Below, piece after piece: positions 60,884 to 64,000 of a stretch of 64,000 bases of DNA; the stretch's first letter is position 1; each line of letters opens with the position of its first letter. The DNA is from Verrucomicrobiota bacterium (lineage in GTDB: Bacteria; Verrucomicrobiota; Verrucomicrobiia; Opitutales; Cerasicoccaceae), in the NCBI GenBank assembly GCA_039818205.1, contig JBCBUK010000003.1, forward strand, positions 1-64,000, in the 5' to 3' direction. Both the position numbers and the translations under genes were made by a program. The notes below the pieces were generated by a model. It made no database searches. It worked only from the letters and a program-made list of their open reading frames with translations, and was not told the DNA's origin.

Positions 60884-63800
60884 ATGAGTGAAGCCATTGA
60901 GAAACTACCCCGATTCGATCCCGAGCACCCGCCCGTTGCCGTCTCTACCGAGACGGCGCAATCGCTAGATGACCTCGCTGGAGCGGGGCGTTTTGTCGAA
61001 GCCTATCAGTTGATCAACGAGCAAGCGCCCGCGCTTTACTGGAACGACCTAGATGCCCGCTTGGACGCCTCCTACGTGTATGCCCGCCTCGGTGCGGATC
61101 GCCTGAGTGATCTTATCGACTTGTGGACCTACCGGTGCCATCGTGAGAACGCCCGCACGATTGTTCGGATGGCGCATTATTATCAATCGCGGAGAGGTCC
61201 ATTTTATGCGCATCAGCTTTTGAGCGAAGCGAAGCTGGATCAATATGATGAGATCGGGCAGGGGCGAATACTACGAACTCAGGGCTGGATGTGTCTTGAA
61301 TTTGACGATACCACGCGGGCCGAGACCCAGATTGAGCAGGCCTATGCTTTGGACGGGAATGAACACCGCCACTGGCATGCCCGCTCAACCGTTGCATACA
61401 AAAAAGAGAAGTATGAGCAGGCGCGTGAGGAAGCCGGGAAATCGCTCCAGGCCAATCCAAATTATTTGCCTGCTCGTTTCATCTTGGCCGGTGCCCTCGA
61501 TCGGCTCGAAGAAATGGATGAGATGGAGCGGGTCTTGGGTGACGGTTTGTCCTCGAGCCAAGACCGACAGTTAGCCATTCAACTCCTGCGTTATTTCAAG
61601 GAGTTGCGTCGCTTCGACGAGGCTCTCGAAATTATCCGTCTCATCGATCAATGGTCCCCCATACGCCAGAAGGATTTGGTCGAATGGGTTCATGGTGAGT
61701 ATGCCGACATTCATTACGACCTGGGCCAGTATGAACTCGCTCAGGAGCATGCGGGGAAGGGTAACGTTACCTATTATCAAAAATTTGCCGAACGCTTGGG
61801 TTCAATGACGGAGTCTCCTAAACGGTGCCGTATTGATGTGCCTTCCGTGCGCCAGCTGCGGCGGACTTGTGGGCCAGCAACATTGACTGCACTGGCGCGC
61901 TATTGGGGGCGATCCGTTGAGCAATCTGATATCATTGAGGACATCTGGCATGATGGTACCTTTGATTGGCGGGAGCGCAGGTGGGCTGAAGAGCAGGGCT
62001 TTGTCGTTCGAGAATTTCGCGCTGATTGGCCGAGTACCCAGCGACTGATTGATGCCGGTTATCCGTTTGCCATCATGACTGCGGGCGCAGACTTTTCTCA
62101 TTTGCAGGCTATCATTGGCTACGACGCAGTTCGCGAATGCGTCGAGGTTCGAGAGCCCGGAGCGTTTCACCACATTGATTATATTCAGGACAAGTTTTTC
62201 TCGTCGAACGCCTGGGTTGGCCCACGTGGTCTTGTCTTTGCTCCCGAAGAAGATGCTCAGGCTTTGATCGAAATGGATCTTCCGGATCAAACGATGTACG
62301 ATCAGTGCTACGAAATGAACCGTGCGCTTGAAGATCATGATCGAGATCGTGCCGCCCGGCTTTTGGAAGATATTGAGCGGGATTCACCGGAGTCGCTCCT
62401 GTTCCATTCAGCAAGCCGCCGTCTTGCCAGTTACGATGCCGACAACGTTCGGGCGTTGGATTCGGTCCGCGCACTGCGCAAGCTATTTCCCGAGGCAACG
62501 CGTTTGCAGTTGTCAGAGATTGGCTACATGCAGACTCAGTCGTCCTGGTCGGATCGGCTAGAACTTCTCCGAGAACTAACCCAGGGTGACAAAGTGCATC
62601 CGGTGGTGCGCCTTGAATTAGCGCGACACTTGATGGATGATGTTCGGTGTAGCGATGAGGCCGAGAAGGTGCTTTGGCGTTGTCAGCGGGAGCACCCAGA
62701 GTCCGCGGCAATCCTCCATGCCTTAGGTGATCTAAAGTGGAATCGTGGAGATCGCGAATCCGCCTTTGATGCCTATCGTTTTGCCTTTACGCTCGATTAC
62801 CTGAACGAGGGGCGGGCGCGGGCATTTTTTCAGGCTGCTCGGTTTTTTCAACAACACCTGATTGCCTTAGCGTTGCTGCAGGAACGGTTTGAGCGCTTTG
62901 GCGGATCTTCCGGCGATCCGGCAATCACGCTTGCAGATATGTTGCGCCTGCTCGACCGCGATAAGGAATCCTTGGAGGTTTTTGATGACGCTTTGAAACG
63001 CCGCCCAAACGATGCCGATCTGCTTGCTGCCTACGCGTCGCGGTGTATCGATTGGAACCGACTCACCTTGGCCTCTGAACTGTTGGACGATGCAAAGGGA
63101 AATATTCATGAACTCAGTTGGCTTGAGCTCTCAGCGCGTTTGGCCACCGCGAGAGGAGAACATGAACAGGCACTTGCTTTGTATGGCAAAGCGGTTGCTT
63201 TGAGTGAGCAACGAGTTGACTTGCAGAGTGCCTACGTGGCGGTCGTTCATCGGCTGCAAGGAAAGCAGCAGGTGATTGAGTATCTTGAGTCCTTGGCAGA
63301 TCGTTTTCCCTATCATAATGAGATTAATGAAATGTACATTACCTGGCTCAGGGATGTGTATTTTGATCGAGCCGATGCCGCCTGTCGAAAACTCTTAGAG
63401 CGGCACCCAAATAATCACTGGGCACGTCGTGAGCTGGCAATCTCGCTCGAAAATCAGGGGCAGCTCGCAGAAGCGATTGACGTAGCTGTCGAAGCCAAAA
63501 ACAACGACCGGCACGCGGCCGCATCGTACACCGTCCTTGGAAACCTTTACGAGAAGGATCAGCAGTTTGAAGAGGCTGCCAATTGCTACCGTCAGGCGAT
63601 TCAGCTCGAGGTGGACAACGGCTTTGCGATCAATCACCTGTGCGACATGGCGCTTAACGAAGCGCAGGAACGGGATACGCTGGCCTTTATTTGGAACGAG
63701 ATCGAGACCCAAACCTTGTTTGGAGACGGTCTGATGGAGTTTCGTCGGCATGCGAGCGGCGTCTGGGATTCGGACGATTTACTGGCTCGGCTAAAGAGCG

Positions 63801-64000
63801 CCCTTAATGCCCGTTCTGATTTGTGGCACTGCCACTCGGCTTTGGTTATCCAATATCTGGATATGGGGCAGGCCGGCGAAGCCTTGGCTGCTGCGGAGGC
63901 GTGTTGCGAACAGTTCCCACTGGTCCCCGGTTCGTTCGCGAACCTTTCAAGAGTCGCAAAACATCAACAGGATCTTTCCCGCCAGATCGAAGCCCTGGAG
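60884..64000 (+). CDS. Large TPR protein with internal C39-family cysteine peptidase domain, truncated by the window end (>1039 aa)
   Basis: Frame from ATG 60884 (MSEAIEKLPRFDP...) reads in frame at the segments translated by hand and at the window end. VPSVRQLRRTCGPATL near 61840-61885, HLQAIIGYD near 62100, many TPR-like helices. Absent from the track, consistent with no stop codon in the window. Confidence 0.87.
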   Translation, partial: MSEAIEKLPRFDPEHPPVAVSTETAQSLDDLAGAGRFVEAYQLINEQAPALYWNDLDARLDASYVYARLGADRLSDLIDLWTYRCHRENARTIVRMAHYYQSRRGPFYAHQLLSEAKLDQYDEIGQGRILRTQGWMCLEFDDTTRAETQIEQAYALDGNEHRHWHARSTVAYKKEKYEQAREEAGKSLQANPNYLPARFILAGALDRLEEMDEMERVLGDGLSSSQDRQLAIQLLRYFKELRRFDEALEIIRLIDQWSPIRQKDLVEWVHGEYADIHYDLGQYELAQEHAGKGNVTYYQKFAERLGSMTESPKRCRIDVPSVRQLRRTCGPATLTALARYWGRSVEQSDIIEDIWHDGTFDWRERRWAEEQGFVVREFRADWPSTQRLIDAGYPFAIMTAGADFSHLQAIIGYDAVRECVEVREPGAFHHIDYIQDKFFSSNAWVGPRGLVFAPEEDAQALIEMDLPDQTMYDQCYEMNRALEDHDRDRAARLLEDIERDSPESLLFHSASRRLASYDADNVRALDSVRALRKLFPEATRLQLSEIGYMQTQSSWSDRLELLRELTQGDKVHPVVRLELARHLMDDVRCSDEAEKVLWRCQREHPESAAILHALGDLKWNRGDRESAFDAYRFAFTLDYLNEGRARAFFQAARFFQQHLIALALLQERFERFGGSSGDPAITLADMLRLLDRDKESLEVFDDALKRRPNDADLLAAYASRCIDWNRLTLASELLDDAKGNIHELSWLELSARLATARGEHEQALALYGKAVALSEQRVDLQSAYVAVVHRLQGKQQVIEYLESLADRFPYHNEINEMYITWLRDVYFDRADAACRKLLERHPNNHWARRELAISLENQGQLAEAIDVAVEAKNNDRHAAASYTVLGNLYEKDQQFEEAANCYRQAIQLEVDNGFAINHLCDMALNEAQERDTLAFIWNEIETQTLFGDGLMEFRRHASGVWDSDDLLARLKSALNARSDLWHCHSALVIQYLDMGQAGEALAAAEACCEQFPLVPGSFANLSRVAKHQQDLSRQIEALE

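Noticed and set aside
61049..63751. Many short track ORFs at the right end
   Set aside because: They are shadows of the long plus-strand frame that starts at 60884.

Overview
Gene-dense bacterial chromosomal window, roughly 54% GC by eye. Gene content suggests a marine Verrucomicrobiota, probably Opitutales (inference from H-X9-DG pseudopilins, sulfatase plus GH16, glnII, lpxK, and a PTS-IIA/diadenylate cyclase fusion). Core genes include dnaG-rpoD, glnII with a sigma54 promoter, lpxK, an adenylate-kinase-like gene, a Ski2-like helicase and tRNA-Ser(TGA). Accessory modules: a NemR-like TetR/SDR pair with two operators; a putative iron module (TonB receptor, pseudopilin, His-less Fur paralogue, CxxC protein, HiPIP-like mini-protein, ChaN) with five copies of a 22-bp Fur-like box; a sulfatase/AraC/GH16-CBM92 cluster; a minor-pilin triad; and a >1039-aa TPR/C39-peptidase gene that runs off the right end and is absent from the ORF track. 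The most striking unannotated element is a 24-aa, 7-Cys metallothionein-like micro-ORF (45157-45231, minus strand). It lies behind a Cys-rich ArsR, has its own copy of the ArsR-type operator and is followed by a terminator. No CRISPR array, rRNA, transposase or integrase was seen. All family assignments come from motif recognition, not database searches.
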